From the NCBI GenBank assembly GCA_046881885.1, contig JBKSMP010000024.1:23571-55570 (forward strand): a DNA stretch of 32,000 bases. The letters are read 5' to 3'. Source of the DNA: Opitutales bacterium. GTDB taxonomy: Bacteria; Verrucomicrobiota; Verrucomicrobiia; Opitutales; UBA9783. Under the pieces are notes generated by a model. The model had not been told where the DNA came from, made no database searches, and saw only the letters and a program-made list of their open reading frames with translations. The position numbers were made by a program, and so were the translations under genes. Shown piece by piece: positions 1 through 8,132 of the stretch (positions within the stretch are counted from its first letter, which is position 1; each line of letters opens with the position of its first letter).

Positions 1-32
1 CCAGCAAAGAGATTCCCCATTTCCAAAACATT

Positions 33-446
33 TTATTGATTTCTAAACATTGTTTGTGCACCTTGACTGACACGATCTGCACTTTTGGCAATCAGCTCAT
101 TTACGAGTTGAAATTCGTGTACTTTTGTTTGTAACCTTAAAGCATCCGCCATATTCATATTGCCTGGCGATTCAATCGCTTCAAATGCTTCCATAATGCC
201 TTTAACCGAATCTGCTTGCTTATTCGACATACGTTGCAGAGAAGTAAGCACCTCATCAGTAACATTTTTAGGGTCTTGCGAAGCTACGTTTGCTGTTGGT
301 GGAACATTGGCTAATTCTGCTTGAAATGCGCTTACATCGTCTGTTGTCAGGTTGCTTGTATCGCGCATTGACAAATTGTCATTGTAGGCATTTGAGGCCG
401 CAGCATTTGCAAATGAATTCGCTAAAGAAGATCCTTCTATCGACAT
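33..446 (-). CDS. sctI: T3SS inner-rod protein, SctI/YscI-like (137 aa)
   Basis: Last complete gene of a tightly packed minus-strand operon. The C-terminus ...FQLVNELIAKSADRVSQGAQTMFRNQ resembles the conserved SctI/YscI C-terminus as I recall it (...EELIAKTAGRMSQNVETL...). It sits after the needle and YscG-like genes, as in ysc-type order. An ATG at 31-29 (-), 1 nt after its stop, opens a further gene (MFWKWGISLL...) that leaves the window. Confidence 0.55.
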   Translation of the reverse strand: MSIEGSSLANSFANAAASNAYNDNLSMRDTSNLTTDDVSAFQAELANVPPTANVASQDPKNVTDEVLTSLQRMSNKQADSVKGIMEAFEAIESPGNMNMADALRLQTKVHEFQLVNELIAKSADRVSQGAQTMFRNQ

Positions 447-455
447 AAAAACCTC

Positions 456-899
456 CTATTGTACTACACTTGCTAATTGTTCCTTTTGCAAATCTTGAAA
501 GGGTAAAACCTTATCCTTTTGCATAGCAATTACTTGTTGGGCAAATTGTTTTGCATTTTCATCTTTGCCTGATTTCAAAAGGCTTTGAGCCAAAGGTATC
601 GCCTCTGAGTCTTGCTTCATACACATTAAAGAAAGCGCTAAAATACTTTTTGCTAATTCATTGTCCTTATGCTTTTCCAAAACCTTCGAAGCAAGTTTCC
701 CACCTTGCACGAAATCGCCCATAAGTACTAAAGCCAAACTATGAACCAATTTAACTTCCATACTTTCAGGACGCGCTTGAGCAACCGCTTCAAAAATAGG
801 TCTGGCGTCTTTAAAAATGTTTTTTTCAATACCAACAAGCCCAATATTGATTAAAAATTGCAACAAATCGGCATCCACTTTTTCTTTTAATTTTGCCAT
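456..899 (-). CDS. Putative needle co-chaperone, YscG/CdsG-like helical-repeat protein (147 aa)
   Basis: Lies immediately downstream (4-nt gap) of the needle gene. It is small, all-helical and TPR-like (repeated A/L-rich helix pairs). Size and position match YscG/PscG/CdsG. Called mainly from synteny. Confidence 0.5.
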   Translation of the reverse strand: MAKLKEKVDADLLQFLINIGLVGIEKNIFKDARPIFEAVAQARPESMEVKLVHSLALVLMGDFVQGGKLASKVLEKHKDNELAKSILALSLMCMKQDSEAIPLAQSLLKSGKDENAKQFAQQVIAMQKDKVLPFQDLQKEQLASVVQ

Positions 900-903
900 A
901 AAT

Positions 904-1203
904 TTACCTTATATTCTGTACTAATGATTTAAAAGTCGTATTAAAACAGGCCTGCAAAGTCGAAACAAGCGTTACAATAATACTATGCTTATTGACTTCA
1001 TAACCTACCGACATAACGTCTGCTTGCGTAATACTTCCCGGTTCTTTTTGTGCTAAGTCATTTATTTTTGCCTGAGCAGAACCTTCTGCTTTTTCAATAA
1101 CCTCATTTAAATGCTCATGAACATTTTGTATGTCATAATCGGATTGTCCAAGATTAGACCATAATGTTTGTGAGGTAGAATCTTTAGTAAAACTTGCACT
1201 CAT
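904..1203 (-). CDS. sctF: T3SS needle filament protein SctF (99 aa)
   Basis: Small helical-hairpin protein ending ...FKSLVQNIR, matching the needle-family C-terminus (PrgI/MxiH end ...IIQNFR). It is flanked by two small chaperone-like genes, the E-F-G arrangement. Confidence 0.7.
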   Translation of the reverse strand: MSASFTKDSTSQTLWSNLGQSDYDIQNVHEHLNEVIEKAEGSAQAKINDLAQKEPGSITQADVMSVGYEVNKHSIIVTLVSTLQACFNTTFKSLVQNIR

Positions 1204-1206
1204 AAT

Positions 1207-1416
1207 TTATCCTTCCTGTAAAATAATTTTTCTTGCGTGTTTAATCGCTCCATTCAATGCTTGCAATGTCGTGCGTTCAGACGCAGGATATTGTGGAACT
1301 TTTAATTCACGTTCATACGCTAATAACTGCTCCAATAATTCTTTGCGATAGGCACCCGTTTTATCGGCCGATAATCGTTGCCCCTCTTCTGTTAATGTCA
1401 TTTTTATTTTTTTCAT
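1207..1416 (-). CDS. Putative needle co-chaperone, YscE/CdsE-like (69 aa)
   Basis: A 69-aa helical protein between sctD and sctF with 3-nt gaps on both sides. Size and position match YscE/PscE/CdsE. No diagnostic motif, so this is a positional call. Confidence 0.45.
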   Translation of the reverse strand: MKKIKMTLTEEGQRLSADKTGAYRKELLEQLLAYERELKVPQYPASERTTLQALNGAIKHARKIILQEG

Positions 1417-1419
1417 AAA

Positions 1420-2976
1420 TTAGAGTTCCTCCATTGTAAAAAATATGCTGTCTTCATTCTTCTGTAAACGAATACCTTCTGGTGAAATAGATTGTAATAC
1501 ATAACCCGAATCTAAAAGTGCACCCTCATAATAACGTCCACCATCTTTCAAATCAATCCATCCAGGCTCATTATTAGGAATGGATACTCCAATAATCGGA
1601 GAAGGAAAAAACAATTTCTTCACAGCTGATGGTGCAACAACAGCTACATAAGTCAAAACCTTACAAATGGAATCAAACGTCTTTTTTAAAGCTTTTCGAG
1701 CATCTTTCCAATAAGGTTCATCTGAAGCTTGTATGTTGCCAGTTACCATAATTCCAGTTTTCATTGGTTGTACTTTTAATAATCCCATCAAATTATATTG
1801 TGTAAGCAAGTTTGATGCCAATTTATAGACATCATCTTGACTTAATAACGATGTTTCCAGAGCATTTAACCCCATAATATCATAAAACAAACGACTTTTA
1901 ATAGCAGGCAACTGTTCCATTTCATAAAGATAGCCTTTTAAAATGAGCGTATCTAGTCGAGCTGCAGCTACAACTTGTATGGTTTGTAAAGATTTCAAAG
2001 CTTCTTGTGCTTGCTCTAAAAAGGACTGCTGTGCAAAAATACGTAAGGTTTGAAATGAAACATTAGGTAAAGCACGTAATTTATCTTGTAATAGTTTTTT
2101 GGTTTCTAAAGTATCCACATAACATTGAAGCGTAAACATTTTTCCGCTTAATCCCAATTTTACTAAACCAGGATCTATCTCAAATTCTTCCAAAAGTTTT
2201 TCAATAGAAGCTTTTAAGGAAACAATAGGAAAGTTTTTTTTATCAGATTCCGAAGTGGTGGATTCATTGCTACGAAATAAAGAAAAAGCACCTAAAACAC
2301 TAAAACAAATAATCAAACAACCACGTAATACCCATCGATTTTCTTTGCATTTCTTTAAAAATTCTAAATAAGTAGCTTTTGTGGATTGTTCTTTTAGTTC
2401 TTCTACCTTTTCTTGTTGCTTTTCTTTTTGTTCCTCTGCTTTTGCCTCTTTTAAAGAAATTTCTGGCCAAACCTCATTACTTGGTCCTACTGAAAGTAAG
2501 GTTTTTCCACATAAAATAGATTGATATTTTTTTAATTCCGTTGGTCCCTCTAAAGTAAAGCCATCCACAGATACCGTAGCATCTTCAAACGGTTCACAAA
2601 AAACTTTGCCATCTTTTAAAGAAAATTTTGCATGTTGCTCTTTTAAAGTTTCATCTAACAAAGCAATATCACAGGTATCGGAACGTCCAACAACCCAAGT
2701 TTTGTCCGATAAACTAACTTCTGCTCCTACGTGAGGACCATTTAAAATCTTGAGGATATAGGTTATGTCTTGATTTTCACTTGCATCAGAAACTCCTTCT
2801 ACTTCAGATTCTTTAGTTTCATTAGAACTTTCAACCTCTTCTATTTTTTCTGACTCGTTAGAATTTTCTGTTTTATCAAATTCTTTTGATTCTTCAGTTT
2901 CGTTAGAAACTTCAACTTCATCCGAACCCTCTACTTCGCCAGAGTTTTCAATTTCTTCTGTCTCTTCTTCCGCCAT
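1420..2976 (-). CDS. sctD: T3SS inner-membrane ring protein SctD with N-terminal FHA domain (518 aa)
   Basis: The architecture is an acidic E/S/T-rich tail, then an FHA-like domain (...WVVGRSDTCDIALLDETLKEQHAKFSLKDGKVF...), a single TM segment (WVLRGCLIICFSVLGAFSLF) and a roughly 280-aa periplasmic region. It heads the sctE/F/G/I gene string. Confidence 0.75.
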   Translation of the reverse strand: MAEEETEEIENSGEVEGSDEVEVSNETEESKEFDKTENSNESEKIEEVESSNETKESEVEGVSDASENQDITYILKILNGPHVGAEVSLSDKTWVVGRSDTCDIALLDETLKEQHAKFSLKDGKVFCEPFEDATVSVDGFTLEGPTELKKYQSILCGKTLLSVGPSNEVWPEISLKEAKAEEQKEKQQEKVEELKEQSTKATYLEFLKKCKENRWVLRGCLIICFSVLGAFSLFRSNESTTSESDKKNFPIVSLKASIEKLLEEFEIDPGLVKLGLSGKMFTLQCYVDTLETKKLLQDKLRALPNVSFQTLRIFAQQSFLEQAQEALKSLQTIQVVAAARLDTLILKGYLYEMEQLPAIKSRLFYDIMGLNALETSLLSQDDVYKLASNLLTQYNLMGLLKVQPMKTGIMVTGNIQASDEPYWKDARKALKKTFDSICKVLTYVAVVAPSAVKKLFFPSPIIGVSIPNNEPGWIDLKDGGRYYEGALLDSGYVLQSISPEGIRLQKNEDSIFFTMEEL

Positions 2977-3122
2977 GCTCCATCTAATTTAACATTTTTT
3001 TAGAAGATTGTAAAATCAAAAATTTATAAGTGCATAATAAATTTCTATAGAAGTCTATTTTACCCACTAAAAATTTATTAAAAATCTCTTTATTTTTCTT
3101 TTAAAACCTCTAAAATAAAAAC

Positions 3123-4136
3123 ATGAAATCCGTTTTATACTTTTTCTGCTTTAATTTAACTTGTTTTGGTTTTTCATTTCCTTTTAAAAAAGATACCTCG
3201 TCTCATACACTAGAAATAAAAAAGATTCGTGTTGGTTTTTTCCCTAACATTACTCATCCGCACGCACTTGTAGCACAAGCACTGGCAAGAGAAGGTAAAG
3301 ATTGGTTTGTCAGCTATTTGCCTTCAAATCACAAAGTTGAATGGTATCGATTTAATGCAGGTCCAACTGCAATGGAAAGTCTTGTTACCCACACAATTGA
3401 TGTATCCTATGTAGGTCCTAACCCCGCCTTAAACACTTATTTAAGATCCAAAGGAAAAGAAGTCCGTTTACTTTCTGGAGCTATTCGTGGTGGCGCTGGC
3501 CTTGTTGTACAAAAAGATTTAGCCACAAAACCGCTAAAAGAGTGGAATGGCAAAAAAATTGCGAGCCCACAATATGGCAATACGCAAGATGTTGCATGCC
3601 GTAATTGGGTTCAAAATCAACAAAAAAATGCCATAAAACTCATGATTTTACCGGCTACCAACCCAGATCAACTCATGTTATTTAAAAAGAAACAAATTGA
3701 TGGCGCTTGGACAATAGAACCTTGGCGTTCTCGCCTTATTTCAGAAGGAGAAGGCATACTTTATTTAGATGACAAAGAAAGCTGGACAACCATTTTAGTT
3801 GCTTCTAACGATTTTTGTGCCCATTCTTCAGAATTAACCAAAGCATTTGTACAAGCTCACCATGCCTTAAACCAATGGATTCAAGAGCATTTTGAAGAAG
3901 CGGCTCGTTTAATTCAATCTGAATTAAAACATCAAATGGGGTTTTTTTTCGATAAAGAATTTATTCTACAAGCGCTCAAAAACCTCCATTTTGACATCCA
4001 TCCAAAACAACAAGATTTCGAAAAACTCATAGACGATGCTATTACAACTTCTTTGCTAAAAAAAGAACTTAAATTACCCTTAGATCTCTTTTTTCAGGAA
4101 ATTACAAAAAATGAAACAATTTCTTCTAAACAATAA
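3123..4136 (+). CDS. ABC-transporter substrate-binding protein, NMT1/SsuA/TauA-like (337 aa)
   Basis: N-terminal signal peptide (MKSVLYFFCFNLTCFGFSF). The core IRVGFFPNITHPHALVAQ...VEWYRFNAGPTAMESLVTHTIDVSYVGPNPAL is typical of the nitrate/sulfonate/taurine-type binding fold. No permease or ATPase gene is adjacent. Confidence 0.6.
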   Translation: MKSVLYFFCFNLTCFGFSFPFKKDTSSHTLEIKKIRVGFFPNITHPHALVAQALAREGKDWFVSYLPSNHKVEWYRFNAGPTAMESLVTHTIDVSYVGPNPALNTYLRSKGKEVRLLSGAIRGGAGLVVQKDLATKPLKEWNGKKIASPQYGNTQDVACRNWVQNQQKNAIKLMILPATNPDQLMLFKKKQIDGAWTIEPWRSRLISEGEGILYLDDKESWTTILVASNDFCAHSSELTKAFVQAHHALNQWIQEHFEEAARLIQSELKHQMGFFFDKEFILQALKNLHFDIHPKQQDFEKLIDDAITTSLLKKELKLPLDLFFQEITKNETISSKQ

Positions 4137-4481
4137 AATTAGGTTTCAGTAAAAATTGCTAATAAAATTACCTAGCACCAATACGATTAGCACGTTGTTA
4201 GAAAAATCTAAGAACCAAGTTTTTAGCTTACTTTTTAAAGGAAAATGATTTGCAATACTTAAGGAATGTTATGCAAAACTTCAACTTAGAAGCAAACGAA
4301 ATTATCGAGCGTTATAAGTGCATAGCAAAAAGATAAAACTGATTTTTCTATCGTCCTGCTAGGTATCTAAATAATTGGTAATACCATCTTCGAGAACGAA
4401 AATTTCCGTTTTTTATAACGTTGGCTCGTGAATTCTTGTATACACTCAATCACAAAGCATTCTTCCCACATCTATCTCCAA

Positions 4482-7400
4482 TCAAAGGAATTGACGGAGT
4501 AATTGTTGGACGGAAGAGCGTGGAGAAGTCTTTCTAGTAGGTTGAGTCTTTGTATTTAACAATTGAAGGAAATTCATATAATTAGGCTTACCTAAGGTTC
4601 CATCAATCTCGCAACTGGGTCCAGGATAATAACCTTCGTTTGTTTTTTGTGTCGTATCAAAGGCAAAGTAATTCAAAAAAGGGCCGTCGCTGGCATCTAG
4701 CTGGACATTCAATTTAAAAGCTTGCTGTTGCCAGGTTTTCGAAGCTTCTGTCATGACAAAACCATTTGCATAAAATGCTGCATCTGTATTTTGGACTAAG
4801 GCTTTTAGATCTACTTTGTCGCTGTTTTTGCGTTCTAAATCTAGTTGTAGTGAAGAAAATGGTACTGATTTGAGATAAGTATTAAGGAAGCCCAATCCGC
4901 TCATTTCTGCAATCGATGAGCCTACAAGCATGCTTAAAGTCGAAGTCAATCCGCTTACTGCTTGTGAAGCCGCAGAAACAGTACTAAAGGGTTTAAAATG
5001 GCCATCCGAAGCTTTTAAATGGAGCGTTCCTTTAGACTCTAATAATGAAGTACAATTTCCAGACCAATCTACACTTAGATTACAATTTCCATGTAAATTA
5101 CCGTATTTATTAAGATTCATTCCAAAAGCTTTAGGGGTATTCCAAATAGATAAAAGATGCATATCTTGTGCTTTAAGCGCTACTTCAAACCGAATAGGAA
5201 ACTGATAATTTAAACTAAATTGAGTATTACCACCAAAGAAAAATCCTTTTCCATCTTTTAATTTAACATCTGACGAGCTTACTTCTAACTGACCTGTTAG
5301 ATCTTTGATGATTTCGTCATCTGCATATATCGATTTACAATTTAAAGCAACAGTTCCTGTATAAGGATGCCAAGGTGCTTTGGAGCTTGCATCTTTTTGT
5401 ACTTTAATTAGTTTATGAGAAGCCGTTGAGTTTTGAGGAGTTTCTGCAGCGGCAACAACTTGATTTTGGACTGGTTTAAATTGCGAAACATCTAAAGATT
5501 GTAAAAACTTTTGCACCTTAAAAGCATCCGTTAAGAACAATTGTTTGCTTGTAATTTTACCATCCAATAAGGTCTTTTTAAGACTTCCTTCAAAATGTAG
5601 ATCACTTGTATGCTGGGTCGTACTTATTTCCAAATTTGATTGTAGATTGTGCTGATCCTCTTTTTCATTCTGATAAGCTCCTTGTATATTAAAGGAAAGA
5701 TCGTTGTTTAAGGCTGCAAGTTTACAGTGAGCATTGGCAGAACGTTCCTTTTCATTAAAGATCCAATGTGCAGATAAATCCCCTATAAGACCTGGAAATT
5801 TCAAAGCAAATGGCTGCAAAAACCATCCATCTATATTTCCCTCTAGCTGTCCCTGGCTTTTTTCAAATTTATCCTTTTTAAAACAAATTTGTGCATTGCC
5901 TTTGAGCAAAGGCGAAGTAGATTGTGTATCCATAATCATTAGATCGTTTACCCCATAACATGCATGTGCTTTATGATCTAATGAACACTGTAAATTTGCG
6001 GAAAATGTTTTTAAATCTAATGCTTTTTGTCCTTGATAACTTACTTGCAGGTTATCTACACAAATTGGCGCTTGATGCTCCCAAGTAAGGACATTTTTTT
6101 CACAGCTTAATTGTGAAAGCATCGACAATTTTCCTGTTAATTCTATGCCTTTATAACGAATCAAATCAAGTGGACACTGTTCACACTGAAATGTAAAAAT
6201 ATTCCCTTGTAAGTCCGTCAAAACTTTAAGCCAATCTTGAGCTTTAAAACAAAGCGGCTGATTTAAGTTAAAATACAACCATGTATTTCCAGCTTGATGC
6301 GATTGTAATGAAGCTTTTAGTTGTTTGATAGCCCAATCCTGCTTGTCTTTTTTCAAATCATAAGAAATTTGGGTTACGAGATCTGGATGCAATTGGATAT
6401 TTAAAGCTGACAAATCTAGCTTTCCTTGGGCTAAGGTTTGATTAAATTTAACGGCACCATTAGATGCAAAGGTTTTTAACTCATTTTCTTTTTGAAGCCA
6501 ATTACCATAAGATTTTAAATTTAAAAAAGGTGTAAATGCAGTATCCGTTCCAATGAGCTTCCCTTCATAGTTAATTTTGGTCATTTCGGAATTACATTCA
6601 GTTTTTCCATCAAGCTTAAAATGCGTGTTGGATAGGATTGGAGTTTTTTGGTAAGTTAGCTTTTTAATAGCTATGCGAAGCGGTTGCAAAACAGAAAGTT
6701 GCCACTTTTCTTGGTCTGTATACGTAAGACCCAAATTCCCTGATTGTAATTGACCATCGATTCCCCAGTCAAAGTTTTGCAGGTAAGGATTGATGAATGC
6801 TAAAGGAATTTCGTAAATATGAAGATCCAACAATTGTAGATTTCTGTCAGCAGGAGTTTGTAAACCTTTTTTAAAATGATAGGCAAGTGCTTGATCGGAC
6901 CGAACAGAGAAAAAAAGCTTCTTAGCTCCTTTTTCCTTCAACGAAATTTTATAATTTTTTACTTGAACCTCTTTGGCATCGAAACAGGCTTGTAATTCGG
7001 CTTTAAAATTAAGGTTGGGTAAATTTTTTAAGCTTGCATCAATCGTTTCAAAATGTTTTCCCCAAACACTCACTAATGTATGCGTATCCCAACGATTCGT
7101 CTTACGATTAAGGTTGCAAGTACCATCTAGTAAAACAGATAAATTAGGGGTAGGATGAGGATAAAACGTATGAATCAAGGTATGATCAAAAATACCTTGC
7201 CAACGTAAATTAAGTGCATGAGCAGCTGTTTTGAATGTTTCACCTTCTATTGAAAAATCATTCGCTTGTCCCCAATGAACTTCACACTTTAATGTTTCTG
7301 ATTTTGAGTGCTCACTACCAGCAATAAAACAGGTGTAAGTACATTTAGGATATTTTTTCTGATGATTTTTAGCATTAACGAATCCTTCTACTTTTATTTT

Positions 7401-8048
7401 TTGGATTTCATTTTTATTGTTTAGCAGCATTTGAGCTGATCCCTGTACTTGTAGATGCGAAAAATAAGGCTGATTATCAGTTTCTATTAAAGTTGTGTAA
7501 TTACAAACACCCGACACATTTGGAACGAAATTTTCGATAAATAGACGCGTATTTATTAACTGCAATCCATTTACGTGACCACTAACAGCGACATTTAAAT
7601 GTTGTATATTGAGCGGTATGGGCAGTTGTAAGTGTTTTAAAAAACTAAATTTCGAAGCATTTTGTGAAAAAACCTTGGAAAAATCTGCCGTACAAATTTC
7701 CTTTTTCGTTGAACAAATTTGGCCGTTCAGCTCAAGAAACAGATTCATCTTTTGTATAAAAACACAACGTTGCGTAATCAGCTTTAAGGGCTCCCAAGCC
7801 AAATCCAAATTTCGCAAACACAAACTTTGTTTTTTATTTCTCAAGGTAATACTTTCGGCAGAAACATGGGACCAATTTCCCTTATAACCTTTAAATTTGA
7901 TATCTTTGAATTGAGTTTTTAGCAATAAGTACAAAAAGGCTTTTTGTGTACACGAAAAATGACCACAACAAAAAATTGTCAAACAAGTGATAAAAAAAGC
8001 CCAGAGTATATTTTTAAGCAATTTATGTTTCATAAAAAATCGTTTCAC
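4482..8048 (-). CDS. Large membrane-anchored AsmA/TamB-like protein (1188 aa)
   Basis: N-terminal TM anchor (ILWAFFITCLTIFCCGHF) followed by IKFKGYKGNWSHVSAESITLRN...LRNLDLAWEPLKLI, resembling AsmA/TamB N-termini. The body is long and beta-rich. The C-terminal ...CEIDGTLGKPNYMNFLQLL resembles the AsmA-family C-terminal motif. The family call is tentative. Confidence 0.4.
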   Translation of the reverse strand: MKRFFMKHKLLKNILWAFFITCLTIFCCGHFSCTQKAFLYLLLKTQFKDIKFKGYKGNWSHVSAESITLRNKKQSLCLRNLDLAWEPLKLITQRCVFIQKMNLFLELNGQICSTKKEICTADFSKVFSQNASKFSFLKHLQLPIPLNIQHLNVAVSGHVNGLQLINTRLFIENFVPNVSGVCNYTTLIETDNQPYFSHLQVQGSAQMLLNNKNEIQKIKVEGFVNAKNHQKKYPKCTYTCFIAGSEHSKSETLKCEVHWGQANDFSIEGETFKTAAHALNLRWQGIFDHTLIHTFYPHPTPNLSVLLDGTCNLNRKTNRWDTHTLVSVWGKHFETIDASLKNLPNLNFKAELQACFDAKEVQVKNYKISLKEKGAKKLFFSVRSDQALAYHFKKGLQTPADRNLQLLDLHIYEIPLAFINPYLQNFDWGIDGQLQSGNLGLTYTDQEKWQLSVLQPLRIAIKKLTYQKTPILSNTHFKLDGKTECNSEMTKINYEGKLIGTDTAFTPFLNLKSYGNWLQKENELKTFASNGAVKFNQTLAQGKLDLSALNIQLHPDLVTQISYDLKKDKQDWAIKQLKASLQSHQAGNTWLYFNLNQPLCFKAQDWLKVLTDLQGNIFTFQCEQCPLDLIRYKGIELTGKLSMLSQLSCEKNVLTWEHQAPICVDNLQVSYQGQKALDLKTFSANLQCSLDHKAHACYGVNDLMIMDTQSTSPLLKGNAQICFKKDKFEKSQGQLEGNIDGWFLQPFALKFPGLIGDLSAHWIFNEKERSANAHCKLAALNNDLSFNIQGAYQNEKEDQHNLQSNLEISTTQHTSDLHFEGSLKKTLLDGKITSKQLFLTDAFKVQKFLQSLDVSQFKPVQNQVVAAAETPQNSTASHKLIKVQKDASSKAPWHPYTGTVALNCKSIYADDEIIKDLTGQLEVSSSDVKLKDGKGFFFGGNTQFSLNYQFPIRFEVALKAQDMHLLSIWNTPKAFGMNLNKYGNLHGNCNLSVDWSGNCTSLLESKGTLHLKASDGHFKPFSTVSAASQAVSGLTSTLSMLVGSSIAEMSGLGFLNTYLKSVPFSSLQLDLERKNSDKVDLKALVQNTDAAFYANGFVMTEASKTWQQQAFKLNVQLDASDGPFLNYFAFDTTQKTNEGYYPGPSCEIDGTLGKPNYMNFLQLLNTKTQPTRKTSPRSSVQQLLRQFL

Positions 8049-8089
8049 TATTTAACCAAAATAAAACCTTGCAAGATTTTCGCAAATGA

Positions 8090-8103
8090 ATTTTCTAGAA
8101 AAT
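8090..8103. promoter_or_regulatory. Perfect 14-bp palindrome ATTTTCTAGAAAAT upstream of fabG (candidate operator)
   Basis: Read directly from the sequence. It lies 30 nt upstream of the fabG ATG, in the 84-bp divergent intergenic region. Function unknown. Confidence 0.2.
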
Positions 8104-8132
8104 ATACATTTTTATAAAAATTTGTTGAACAT

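Noticed and set aside
2773-2976. Imperfect about 30-nt DNA repeats at the 5' end of sctD as a possible non-coding tandem repeat
   Set aside because: They lie in frame within the sctD ORF and encode the acidic E/S/T-rich tail. This is coding low complexity, reported as a protein feature instead.
3018-3078. Direct 10-mer repeat AAAAATTTAT (3018-3027, 3069-3078) and 10-bp palindrome TTCTATAGAA (3043-3052) in the sctD/transporter divergent region
   Set aside because: The region is extremely AT-rich, so short low-complexity matches of this size are expected by chance. There is no supporting spacing or conservation evidence.
2234-3949. Homopolymer tracts inside genes (for example T8 at 2234-2241 in sctD and G4T8 at 3938-3949 in the binding-protein gene) as possible phase-variation switches
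   Set aside because: Tracts of 7-8 A/T are common throughout this AT-rich window. All the ORFs are intact, and no evidence of slippage is visible.
4930-7887. Four plus-strand track ORFs (4930..5205, 5734..5958, 6973..7158, 7609..7887) inside the 1188-aa minus-strand gene
   Set aside because: They are short, have no recognisable motifs, and are fully nested antisense to a long uninterrupted ORF. These are typical shadow ORFs.
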